A stretch of DNA of 64,000 nucleotides, taken from contig NC_045138.2 of assembly GCF_008831285.2 (NCBI RefSeq), positions 31,186,001-31,250,000 on the forward strand, in the 5' to 3' direction. The position numbers were made by a program, and so were the translations under genes. Under the pieces are notes generated by a model. The model had not been told where the DNA came from. It worked only from the letters and a program-made list of their open reading frames with translations, and made no database searches. Source of the DNA: Nymphaea colorata. Taxonomy: Eukaryota. Below are positions 52,042-64,000 of the stretch, piece by piece (within the stretch, counting starts at the first letter, position 1; the number at the start of each line of letters is the position of its first letter).

Positions 52042-52980
52042 TGGCTTGCTTGAGTCGGAACCCTTGTACAGAGAGTATTGCTTGGTGTGCTAGGTAATAG
52101 TACTTTTGGAGAGAGAAAAGAAAGAGAGAGAGAGGTCGAGAGAGAGAATAAGGACAAGAATTATTGTATTTATAGTTTACATTTACATGAAGTTGGTTTT
52201 GGTTTGCTTATATGCATTTAACTCGTCAAATGTTCAAAGTGAAGCTAGCGAATAATGTTTCCACCACCCACAGTTTCGGCGAGAATAGACAATGTCATGG
52301 TATCGCCACATATAGATAATATGAAAATAATAAGCACCCCAACCAACCAAAATCAAATTTGAGATGTGACTCGATTGGAATAATTTAATTTGACATCAAC
52401 ATTATTATTTTGAAAAAAGTTACCCTAAAGCTCGAAAGAGACACTGTAGCAAATATTCTTACCAGAAAAAACAAGAAGATAATCACCCTGGTATCTAATT
52501 AAATACCCTGACCTACCTCTAAGGTGATGTATGGTCTTCAAAACTAAATTCTCATTTGAAGGTTCCTGTAGAGTTTATGATACAAGAGGACCACAATGTG
52601 CTGGGGCTCCACCAAGCACTGTTCCCAGCATGTCCATATCCAGGATTTGAATGATTCTGGCCCACATATTTTATTCTGATCCAGCTAATTTGAGATTGAC
52701 ATGTCTCATACCAACCCGACCTGATTATCTATAGAGAAAACAATGCACAGTGCATTTACCAATTGGTAGGGTCCATTTGGTTTATGGATAATTGCATTCT
52801 TGTCCCAAAGATGGGGGTCCAATTCTCATCTTAGTGAACCACTTTGGATCCAACCACACTGCATAAACTTTTATTCTCTAAATTGAAAGGGATGGCAGTG
52901 GGCAATGACAAGAGGCATTATAGATCAGTTGGACCAAAACGGCCCCATCTCGATTTTCAGTGTCTAGTGTTTAGGCCAGT

Positions 52981-53340
52981 AGGGGGCATTGTCCCTTTGG
53001 ACAATGGAACAGTTTGTGAGTGTTCAATGAATCTACCCTAAAAATTGGAGAGTATTCAATGAATCTACCCTAAACATTGAAGCACATTTATGAAACAATA
53101 GAACCCAGTATTACATGAATCTGTTCCAATTTTTTGGATAAATTCATTATATACTCATAAACTGTTCTTTTGTCCAACCACCCCCTTAGGAGTCCTTTAG
53201 CAAGAATGATAGTATGTAAGTGTTTCATATATCTAACCCAAATATTAGGATAAATGCATTACACTATTCTATAAATCTACATAATATTTAGGGCAGATAC
53301 AAGGAACAATACCATATTGTTACCGTTGCCAAACAACCTC
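52981..53340. mobile_element. Two abutting Tourist-like (PIF/Harbinger) MITEs
   Basis: 52981-53185 and 53189-53340 have degenerate GGG..TTTGG-type ends. The second is flanked by TTA on both sides (53186-53188, 53341-53343). A related copy starting ttaggggccgtttgg lies at about 29728-29885. Confidence 0.55.
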
Positions 53341-55923
53341 TTAACATCTTTTTTTTCTTTAAATTAGAGTTAGTTGGTAGGGCTCTGTTATAGCAACTGG
53401 GCCGTTGCAATTACGGGTTGAATGTCTAATTGTTCAGACACAAAAAGCAGTATATATCTAATTTAATTGAAGATAACTAGATGATGGCAAAGGAGGTTAG
53501 AACCTTGATCAAGAAAACCAATCTCAATCACTGCCCTCATCCTTGACCTTGAAAATAGATTGGGGGAATTAATTCAAAGGCTATTTTATTCCTTTTAGCC
53601 ATTAGAGAAGGAACATTAGTAAGGAGAACCACAAACTCTACCCTCACAACCACAGACCATGCAAATAATTGCGGACCCGTAGCCCATTTTGAACTTCCAG
53701 CTTTCAGAATCATTGGTCCCACCAACTTTACACCATCCAATCTCAGAGGATCCTTTCTACTACAATATTCCCACATAATCCTTCCAATAAGGAGCTATGT
53801 AGTGGGTAAATGTAGGCAGGAATATTCCCAGATTGACATAAAGTAGTGCCACTCAACAATATAAAATGAATGTTGGTGATAGAAATACCATCCAAGAACC
53901 ACTTACGCTTAATAGCAGCGTTGTAAAAATTTAAAAAAAAAAAATGAAATCAGATCGAATTTCTTGAGCTATTGATTCACCAAATCGGCCAACTCGACCA
54001 TTTAGCTGAATCAGTTACGAATCGAATGTCGAACAGGGAATGAAAGCATTGGAGTGCAGCGTGATAAATGAATGTCAAATGTTCATTCAATTTGACAAAA
54101 TCACTTATAAAGAGGCAACAGATATACCAACTTCGTTCTTTGGTAACAACTCACTTTGTTTTTCATACTTTTGCTAGGGAAGATTGCCTCTGTAGACTGA
54201 TGCAATCAAGAGTGGAAATTGCTCCAAAAAAAAAAAAAAAAAAAACAATTACGATGATTTTTCTGAATAATGATACCAAAAAACTGATTTTGAATCGATT
54301 TAACCAAGCTGTTGTAAATTCAATGTATGTGTCCATAATGGCTCGATGATTAGAAATCGGATTACTGTCATGCAATTCTTCTTCTGCCTCCTCCCCTCAA
54401 AAAGAACTTCGTATTGCTATGACCCTACAATCATTTTGTGCTGCGCTTTTATTTAATTCCACATGCTCTCCCTTGTTCTCCAAAGCCTGTCTATATTCAG
54501 ACCTGAGTTCTTGATCTTCCCAGGTCACAGACGTCTGAAGACAAAGCAAATTGGTTCAAATGGAGTCTTCCCAACTCCGATAACATACCATCGATTCTGT
54601 ACATTTTCTTGATTCTACCACCCTATTGGTTACTCCAATTTTCTGAGATCAAATCTGAACTATTCGAGCTTACTCAAAATTTTAATTATTGAATGATCAA
54701 CAACGCTCTTATTTTTAGTGATTTAACCCACCCTCTTGTTCCATACTGAAAGAGGCTTGAAAGCACAGCTTCCAATGTTAAATGATGGGATATCGTGATT
54801 CAACAGAAATTGAGTAATTTTATGATCTTGCAACCAAAGATGCACATGAGATCTCCCTTAGAGCTCATTGCTTGCAGGAAAACTTTAGGTCAACCAGAAC
54901 AGACCAAACACCTAGCTGATTTGCCCAGAGAACTTTGTAGAAGGTTCTTAGATTAGTCAAGAGACAGAAATCGTCTTTGATCTCCACCAATTGCAGCTCG
55001 AAATGAAACCCCTAAAGAACGTATGAACAACCAGTCTCTTCTTCTTAAAGGAACTCATCGCTTTACTTTTGAGTGACCTTTGCTGCTTTCATCGTCAACA
55101 TCTTTGCATTCGATTCGTTTGAAAATGTGAACATAATCATGTATGGAGGCAATTGGTGTTTCCTTCTACAATAGCATTAATGCCGGGAGGCACCAACAGG
55201 GGACCCACTTTACTTGACAAAAACCCCCCACAAAAGAAAAGGAAATCATGGTCAATGAGGACTTCTGCCCACCCAAAGATGGTTCTCCCCCAATCAGCCG
55301 CATAGAGAAGACAATTTGTTCTTTGTAATTCCCTGCAACCCAAATACTTGGCAGCTAATAAAAATCAGTTATTTATCATCAAAATCCTTGAGTTGTCTTC
55401 AATCCAAAATGCTTCCACTTGTAAGATTTTCAGAACTTCCTTGGATTGGCTCAAGTTCAGCCAATTTTAACATGAGACTGGTTTTTTTGTGGGCACCTTT
55501 TTTTCCCTCTGTTTCTCACCAAAGTTTTCTTCCACTTTTTACCTTTCTTCTCATAGTTTTCTTTTCGCAACTATCGTTTCCAACTAAATGGATCTTAGAG
55601 AAGGAAAAGAAATGCACACACACACACACACACACACAAAAGCTCAAAATCTGGAAAAACATAAACTTGAAGAAAAGCTAAAAATATGAAGTGTAAATAA
55701 AATTTTATGCACTTGTAATTTTAAGACCATTAAATAAACTAATTTTTATAGATTTCAATTTATAAACCAAATTTTTTTTTATGTTTTTCTATTCTATATT
55801 ACTGGGGAAATTTCAAGTACATTCATATGATTCGATTTAGTAAAGACGACTTTGGATAGGTAGGAAAGTTGGACTATATACAACCTAGACGGCATGTTAT
55901 GTGTGTTTATTTTTGTATGATAA

Positions 55924-55963
<40 letters not shown>

Positions 55964-56749
55964 CTGAGCTGCATCTACCGTTGGTCAATGGACATGCCAA
56001 CAAATACTGATATAGATGCCAAAAAAATAATCTTTCTGGGAAAAAAGTCATAAATTGACTTATCCACATCTACCAATTGATTAAGTTTATGGCTGCAATC
56101 AATTTGACGTTATTTTTAATCACAATATATAACCAGCAAAAGTTCATATGTATCTCGAGGTTACAATGGTGGCACAATAGTTACGTAAGGGAAGCAAGTG
56201 CAACAATGAGATAATGCAATTGAAGGAGGTTCTATTTAAATCTCAAACACGAAAAGAGTTTCAAACTTCATGGAAAGGAGCAAGTTTTTGGTTAAGTTTG
56301 AGGAAGGGTGTGCTCTTTTTCATGAGGGTGAGCATCAACTATGCTTGAGGAGAAAATACACCAAGAGAAAACTCTCCTAGCAGAATGACAATTTCTAAAC
56401 CTAATCTAAGTTTTCAACACCTTTGTTTCTTACTTGAGGAAACCCAACATGATTTGGGAAACTTTGTCACTTGCCTAACTACATAAAACCATGACGACAT
56501 TATCTCTGCTTTCAATAGTCATAGCACATCTCTGCTTTCAATAGTCATAGCACACATTAGTAAGAACAAGAGTTGGTGTTTCTGAGGAGAGTTGGTGAAT
56601 TGATGGGCAAGGCTAATAAGGCCACTTTCTGTTTCAAAGCCTTAGACTCCCCGTGTGGAAAACAAGACATATAGTTTAGGAGAGGAGAAAAAGGATTGGC
56701 TAAGTACTTTGGTTTCAGCCAGCCTGCTCATTATGCTGATGGTTGAAAG

Positions 56750-56936
56750 TGTAACAACCCGACCACTTTTATGCTCAAGCCCTTGGTTTGACGGATCTCA
56801 ACTTGCCCCCTGAAAGTTTCGGCTCCACCTCCAAAAAGGCTAGGAACCAGAATAATCATTTATTTAATAACCTCCTTTATAAACTCTTAGATCTCTCACA
56901 ATCTTCAACGTGAGACTAAATTTTTGAGGTGTTAAA
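56750..56936. mobile_element. TRIM-like solo LTR (187 bp) in the Aux/IAA copy B promoter
   Basis: Starts tgtaacaaccc and ends gaggtgttaaa (degenerate ggtgttaca). Internal aaaaggctaggaacca...cctttataaactc...aacgtgagact is typical of TRIM LTRs. 5-bp flanks gaaag / aaaag. Confidence 0.65.
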
Positions 56937-57576
56937 AAAAGTATGTTTTCCTCTAAAGCCAAATAACACTCTTGACATTGGTGAAGAGTGCATTGGGTTC
57001 AAATAAGGCTTTGTATAGGTTATGCCTTAGATGTTCTGTTGGTTTTGAAAAGACTAAATTAAACGTAGTAACACTGTAACAGGGAAAATTAAAGCTTCAC
57101 TATTACTTTCACGTAACGTTTAAGGTTAGGACAACTATTGAGCTCCTACGAGCTGCGCGTTCTTCAAATATGGTGATTTTAAAAAGCGATTATTGACTGA
57201 AATTGCATGAACTTACTTGTTTGAGTCTATCCGATCAATGTTAAATTGCACCCAGAAGTGCCAAATATCATTTGTTCTTAAAGTATTTTATAAATTTTTT
57301 ATGGATTTCATTTATTTTTTTCTCAAAATGATATTTTAATAATTTTTTGCATGTTCACAACCGATTACTCCAAATGATTGAGCCAATGATTTGATTGAGT
57401 TGCTCCAGCATTTCCGAGCCATGTGGCTCTAGGAGAACGGTTGACACCGATTGCGGGGCCGTAAAAGGGTTTTATAAAGGGGTTGGAATGTGGTGATCTC
57501 CTCCCCAGTTGGTCGGAAATGGCTGGCTGACACTGTCAAGAAGTTACCGGAAAACTGAGACTACACCTTGAAGCTG

Positions 57577-60469
57577 ATGGAAACAGAGCTGACTCTAGGC
57601 TTGCCTGGTGGCAACAGAACCGCTGGTGATGCAGGGAAAGCCGGCACGAAACGTGCATACCGGGAAACCATCAATCTTAGCACAGGCGCGGGATCTTCCA
57701 GTGAGCCGGCCATTGTCGCCAAAGAGGAGCTCAACCATGCCGGAAAAATGCTAGAAGCCAAGTAAGTTTTACACATCCATCCGTCTTTAATTTTTTCGTT
57801 TAATTTTGAGGATCCTTGGGATAATATATGGTTTAATTTTGAGAATCCTTGAGAGAAGATATGGGTCGATGGAGTCCGCGGCTTACCATGGGCACGTAGT
57901 CCACATAATCGAGGGATTTTCAACGCCTATTAGAGGAAATGGTTTAAAATCACATATATCCTTAGGAAGACTATTAAAATATCATTAGTAAATATATAAC
58001 CTTCCATCATAAAAATCTTTGATGCATTTGAAACATAGACTTTGTTCATTACACAAACAAGGTTTAAATCATAATCATGCATATGTGTAGAAGAAAATTA
58101 AGTTAAGAGCAAATCGAATCGACCACTTGATGATGCATATTTGAGAACTTCAGGGCATGATTTCTAACAAATAAATTACTCCAAATCTATCTGGACATGA
58201 AATTGAAATACTTGCGTACTAGTACTCTGTGGCACAACTAGTCACACCACTCTCTCTCTCGACAATATATATGTTTAGGATGCATAAAATTGCAGCTTAA
58301 ACCTCACACTAGATCTTAACTATATATATCTATGAGGATCCTTTTGTTTAATCTAAGCGGTCAGCTGCTTTAGAAGCAACTGATTTTTACAGCTTTTAAA
58401 AGCCACATTGACATTCAGAACATCTAACATGAAATATACTCAGGGCTCAGTTGGTAGGATGGCCTCCAGTGAGATCCTTCAGGATGAATGCATTGAAGAG
58501 CTGTAGGTACGTGAAGGTGGCACTGGATGGTGCACCCTATCTGCGCAAGGTGGGCTTGGAAACACACGGCGGCTACCATCAATTGTTGGATGCTCTTGAC
58601 AATATGTTTGGTTGCTCCAAGTTGCGTAAGTGTTCAGTTAATTTCATGTACATGTCTGTCATAGATAGTTACTTGGCTTCCGTTTCCTAGTTTCATCTCT
58701 GGCCTTACATATGGTTGTGGAGACAAGCAAATAGGTTTAGATGATACTGCCTGGAAAAAGGGTTTCTGGGTGGGCAAGATCGAGCGAGAGCCAAAGTCTC
58801 CCCCTCTTCCCCCACTTGTTCCTTAGATCTAGATTTGTCTCGGTATCAAGCGGTGAGATCCTTATGTGTGTTAGAGTTGTGCTGATATCAAGCAGTGAGA
58901 TCGTTATTTGCTTCAACTTGTACGTAGAGGCTCACTCCCCTTTTACAGTACTCCTCCTCCTTCCCCAACTGTCTGCTCTGTACAGATCCATTTCCCTTTT
59001 ACAATACAGAAGCATGGCCTTTCATAGGTTACATGACATTTTTACCAAGTCATTCTTACCCGTCACTTTTACCTTGTTCTTAAGAGAGAATAAGTTTACA
59101 TCATACTGTTTGAAAAAAAATAGTTTTGTGACATTTGTACTAAGTCGTTCGTATCTTTCCCTTTTGCCACGTTCTTAGAAGAGACAATTATTGATTCATT
59201 TGACATCTTGAACTATTTCTAAATAAAAGTTTAAGAAGCAAGCATGGTCATCATATATGTTCCGGAAAGAAGTTGTTCTTGTAAATCACAACCTTTTTTT
59301 CCAATTAACGGCCATAAGAGAATGTAAATTTTACTTTCCTAAGAAAACGAAGACATATATATATATATATATCCTTTTTTTCATTTACACTCTTCAACCA
59401 TTCATCACAAAAAGGGAAGATCGTTTGATTGCTTTCTTGCTTATGGATAGGTATGAGAAGGAGAACAATGGAAAAAAAAAAAAAAAAAAAGGTGTGGGAC
59501 AGGTGTGCATCATTATAAGGACAATAATACACTGCAATAATTGGTAGAAGTAAAGTATCGGGCCTACCTTTGATTTACAGAGGCAAGATCTGGACCGTTG
59601 GATCGATCTGAAGAAAGCAATGGCTTAGGGGGCCGCGGGGTCACACGGGCCGAGATCGTGTGGACAAGAAAGTTTTTGTCACGTTATGTGGTTTAAGTGG
59701 GCGTACCCGTAAAACATCTCAATCAATGCCCATATCTTATGTCCCTTGTTTGTGAGACCACGAGAACCACAGTCCATTAAGATGGGTAACCATGTCCTAA
59801 CTGTCTTTCTTTTAATTTTCTCCAGCCTTCATGCATGCCACCATATTTCCAGCTTCTAGATTCGACGTTCCCAATTAAAGCTTGGGCCTTGGAGCTTACG
59901 TTCTACCAACATCAGGTTAAGCCAACACAAAAGTATGGTTAAAACTGTTGGTGCAATCAGGGGAGGGGAGGAGCCAGAAATTTTCCATGAGAAAGACCAA
60001 ATTAAAGTTTCCAAATTTTGACGAGGGTCAAAATATCATTTTTCAAAATTTTTATATAGAACAAGTAAATATTAAAAAAAAAGAATTTGAAGTGGGGTCA
60101 GGGCGCACACAGGCCCTACCTTGGCTCCGTCCCCTGAGTGCGATTATATGAATGTAAAATTTTGGAAATCACAGTCATATTAACATCTCTCCGGAATACA
60201 TTTTTTAAAACTGATTTTGAAATTAACCATCTTTTTTACGGAGTCTTGTCCACGTGAACTAGTGTATGCTTGTGTAAGGTGGGAGTACAGAGTGCAGGTT
60301 TGTGTACAATCTCATGAATGTAATTATATATCATGGTATATGTATATTAAATAATGATCAGAGCTAGGCGAACTAAAGTATATCTTGTCTGACCTACTCA
60401 TTGATGGTTTACTGGTTTATTATAGTACTTATAATTAGTTCACATGGGTTTCATATTTACTTATTCCAC

Positions 60470-60502
<33 letters not shown>

Positions 60503-62285
60503 GTGAAACTATTTTCAATCTTATGGCTTGTTCATATATTATTGTGCACCGAACATGTAGAAGCCGGCCAAGCTTTGATTGGGATATCTAATTCCCATAT
60601 ATCACAAATGAACAAATCTTAAAGTGATCGTATTGGTTGGGACTGGTTTCAGGCAAGTACCCTGATGAGAGCAAGCCGGTGGAGCAGGCAAGTGACAGTG
60701 AGTATGTTGCTGCCTACGAGGACAGAGATGGCGACTGGATGCTGGTTGGCGATGTTCCATGGGAGTGAGTTATCTCATCTCTTCCACGCGCAGATCATTA
60801 GCTGCAACGATTTAATCAGTTTGGAAAAGCACTTTAGTCTGTAATTGGGATGTTGCCATGCAATTTCCTTTGCCATGCAATACTGAGCTATGGATGCACG
60901 TTTGCACAAGATTTCACTGAAAACAAATTGAATAAAACTTGGGGAAGCATTCAGCGGTTTAAGTACTTTGCTAAGTGTTTGATCTGATCATGACTGGAGC
61001 TGCACCTACTCATTAATACTTATGGGATGACCGTCTTTGCAAATATCAAGTAAATAAATGATGACATGAACAATAATAATGGCCAATGCTGCAAATTAAA
61101 GATGCAACACTTTGATTTGGTATCAGACTTATGCAAATAGTTATGTCATGTTATTTAATGTATAACTTCGTTCTTTTGTTAGGATGTTTGTGGAATCCTG
61201 CAAGCGTATGCGCCTGATGAAGAATTCAGATGCTATTGGCTTGGGTAAGAAATGAACTACACCATTCATTTTTGTTGTCTATGCTTGTAGGCTGCCCATG
61301 ATTAAAGCTTTCACAGACATACGTATAAAAGAAAGAGAGAGAGAGAAAGAGAGAAAGAAAGAGCGAGTGATGATAAAATGGAAAATTCATTGACAAAATT
61401 GGTGACAAGATGTCACCACCATACAAACAACAAGGGCAAACCATACAAAACGAAAAAACAAACAGAAAGAAAAATAAATAAAATTAACAATAGAAAAGGG
61501 GAGAAAGAGAAAGAGAAAGGAGAGAGAGCTAGTCAATGGCGAGCTTGAGTTGCGTGTGCCGGTCGGTGCAAAAAATTTCTTTTTCTATCAAGCAGGGGCA
61601 TTTTTATCATTAATTGTGTTGACATGAAAATTTTTGTGCACCAATATGGGGTATATAACTAAGTTCGATCAACAGCTGGGCCCTTCCTCCACCCAATACA
61701 CAAAGTGAGATGAACATCCGCTTTGGCCACGTAATCTATAGAATCAACGGTAGCAGTTATGTCTATCAACACCTTGTTGTTGCACTCATCCCAAATCAGC
61801 CATCAGCAGTTGCTGATAAACCAAGTCTGCCCAATACACAAAGTGAGATGAACATACAAAATCAACGGTAGCAGCTATGTCTATCAACACCCTGTTATTA
61901 TAGCAGCTGTGTCCATCAACACCCTGTTGTTGCGTTCATCCCAAACCGGTCACCAGCAGCCGCTGCTAAACCAAGTCCACCAAGTGAGAAAGAGAGAGAG
62001 CATGTCATCATAAATATTGGAAAACAGATTAATTTCTAGGAGATAAACTATAGGATGTTCATGAGACTCGATTGAGTGTGATGGATGTTCTAGACAGGGA
62101 AGAACACAAAGCCCGCACACTTGTACAAGGGCTTGGGAAACAGATATCTGAACCTGGGTTTTCCTTGAACTGCACCAAGATAATTAATTAAGTAGCTGCA
62201 TTACGCCATCTATATAGATGTTTGTTGCTAAAGAATGGGATTGTTTGACGCAGCGCCAAGGACTCCAGACAAACGCACCAATTGA
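57577..62285 (+). CDS. IAA: Aux/IAA transcriptional repressor (copy B, tandem paralog), 190 aa, 5 exons
   Basis: Exons 57577-57761, 58444-58625, 60653-60764, 61183-61244 and 62254-62285; all GT-AG, total 573 nt. Internal exon sizes 182/112/62 are identical to copy A. Motifs [73 protein letters not shown]-like tttataaa at 57471. Confidence 0.93.
59958..60136. mobile_element. hAT-type MITE in Aux/IAA copy B intron 2 (family of 29302-29476)
   Basis: Ends caggggaggggaggagcca / tggctccgtcccctg; 8-bp flanks ggtgcaat / agtgcgat (6/8). Confidence 0.75.
61692..61978. repeat. Imperfect ~140-bp tandem duplication in Aux/IAA copy B intron 4
   Basis: cccaatacacaaagtgagatgaacat...aatcaacggtagcag(t/c)tatgtctatcaacacc...catcccaaa...aaaccaagtc occurs twice; the second copy has an internal sub-duplication. 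Confidence 0.8.
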
Positions 62286-64000
62286 TCATGAAGACGATGA
62301 TGAGGAGGCGTTGGATCAGGGTGGTTCATGTACAGTGGTCGTCGTGTTTCCTTACAGAAACATGCAGCTTGTGTTTATCCTACTTTTTTCTCTTCTTTTC
62401 CATCTCATAAAGGTCGATGTTACGAATCATCAGTGAAGTTGGTTCTGGTGTAATCAAGTGAAATTTGCTTACTGCATTTTAATTGTTCCAATCAGATGAT
62501 TTTCTTTGTGCACAACAAATGGTTGCATGATAACTAAGTAAGGTTCAAGTAGTAATCATCGCCTTTGTTGGATTGCTGTTGTGGATCATATCGGACTGAC
62601 CTTGCTAAAAAAATATAGTTGCTGACAAAAATTTTGAAGTTTTGCTCTTTTTTTTTTTAGTTATTTTAACTTGATAAATATTTGAATTTTGTTTAATAGC
62701 AGATAATAGGAAATTAATAGCCGATACAGACCGATGCATATCTGCTGAGCTGGGCCGTTTCGCCTGATATTGACAGCATTTACCACATTAGTGGGAGGGA
62801 AATACAACCAAAACAAAGAACAGAAAGAAAAGATATTTACATTATCTGAACTTGTTCTGTTCGGTTGAGATTAGTGATGGGTCATATGGGTTTTATGTTT
62901 CCCAATTGTCAAAAATTATGCTTGAGCCTACTTCTATTAAGAATTCCACTCTTTTTAGGCTAAAAAGGTTGTACTCTGTTCCACCACGGAAAAACATCAT
63001 TCTCTGGTTTTTATCAGCAAGGTTTTATTTCCAGGTATTTTTCAGCAAAGTTGTTTTTTTCAAAAAAAAATCTCGGGAAAATCTTGAAGATTCTTAGAAA
63101 AAAATTAAAAAAATCAAAATATTAGGTTGAAATACAATAATAAAGAAAACTTTTGCAATAATAAGAAACTAATAAGAAGACATAAAAAAAACATCTACTT
63201 AAAATGATAAAAATGAAACAATGAGAACAATGAAAACAATGAAATAAAACAAGAAGAAATAAAACAATGAAACAAAAGTTGAAAATTGAACAAGAAAATG
63301 AAATTAAAAATGAATGAAAAATCGCTAAAAAATAGCAACAAGTTTATTATTTTAACTTTTCTTTAAAAACTCATTATTTTTTTCTTTTTTTCAATATTGC
63401 GGTATTTTTTAAAATATTGCAATATTTGTGGCTATACTTTTAACAGGATCTCAATCCATATTTTCCTTTCAAATTCATTTGCAGAAACTTATACATATCC
63501 ATCAAGAGATCTAGAAAAATGACTTTGAGTAAGCAAAAAGTTGGCTTTTTATTGAAACTTTCAATTTTGTCAACTGCGTTAAGTGTTCAACCGCCGCTGA
63601 TCAATCAGAAAGATTGAAGTGTCCCTTTAGGGGAAGGTAACTGAATGTGATCCGAGCCATAGCCCCATAAAAGGGGAGACAACATGGAAGGTGAAGATAT
63701 TATTGATGCCTACCAAGATGCCAAACATTGAACTTTGCTACGACTTTGAATAAGTAAGAAGCCAAAACTCTTAAAGAAGGAGCAATCAATTTGTTGGTTC
63801 TCTGTTTGAAGACCAATTTTTCATTCACATGGGGCCATTGAATTTGGTAACTTGTATGTGCTACCCTTTGCAGCCGTATTTTGCATCTTAAAGTGTAGTA
63901 AGATATAAAGTGTAAGTAGAAATTAATATATAAAGTGATGATTTCTCTTCTTTTTTTGGCTACCCTCTGCTCCGCGCACTATTCGGTGAAACAATTATTA

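Noticed and set aside
54350..55500. Stretch with decayed-coding appearance on the minus strand
   Set aside because: No motif I could assign; it may be an old transposon fragment but I cannot support that.
57377..57397. tgattgagcc, the start of miR171
   Set aside because: Only 10 nt match and there is no complementary arm.

Overview
This is flowering-plant nuclear DNA: AT-rich, with spliceosomal introns, microsatellites and many MITEs. The species cannot be determined from the sequence. Six multi-exon genes can be rebuilt by hand with consistent splice phases: PGR (TMEM19/DUF92 family, minus), a plant TDRD3-like RMI1_N/OB-fold gene (minus, with an apparent GC-AG first intron), a tandem pair of cysteine-rich CDT1/CYSTM peptide genes (minus) and a tandem pair of Aux/IAA genes (plus). 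A possible first exon of a seventh gene runs off the left edge. Between and inside these genes are two degenerate LINE fragments, a decayed Ty1/copia remnant, a SINE, a TRIM-like solo LTR, hAT- and Tourist-type MITEs and a short plastid-derived insertion. The most unusual object is a 4.1-kb non-coding element (33574-37672). It has LTR-retrotransposon-type ends (TG...CA, near-perfect 5-bp target-site duplication) but its 1.2-1.3-kb terminal repeats are inverted rather than direct. A MIRNA-like hairpin at about 41.2 kb, with partial complementarity to the neighbouring Aux/IAA GDVPW codons, is a second, more speculative candidate. All family assignments come from recalled motifs, not database searches.
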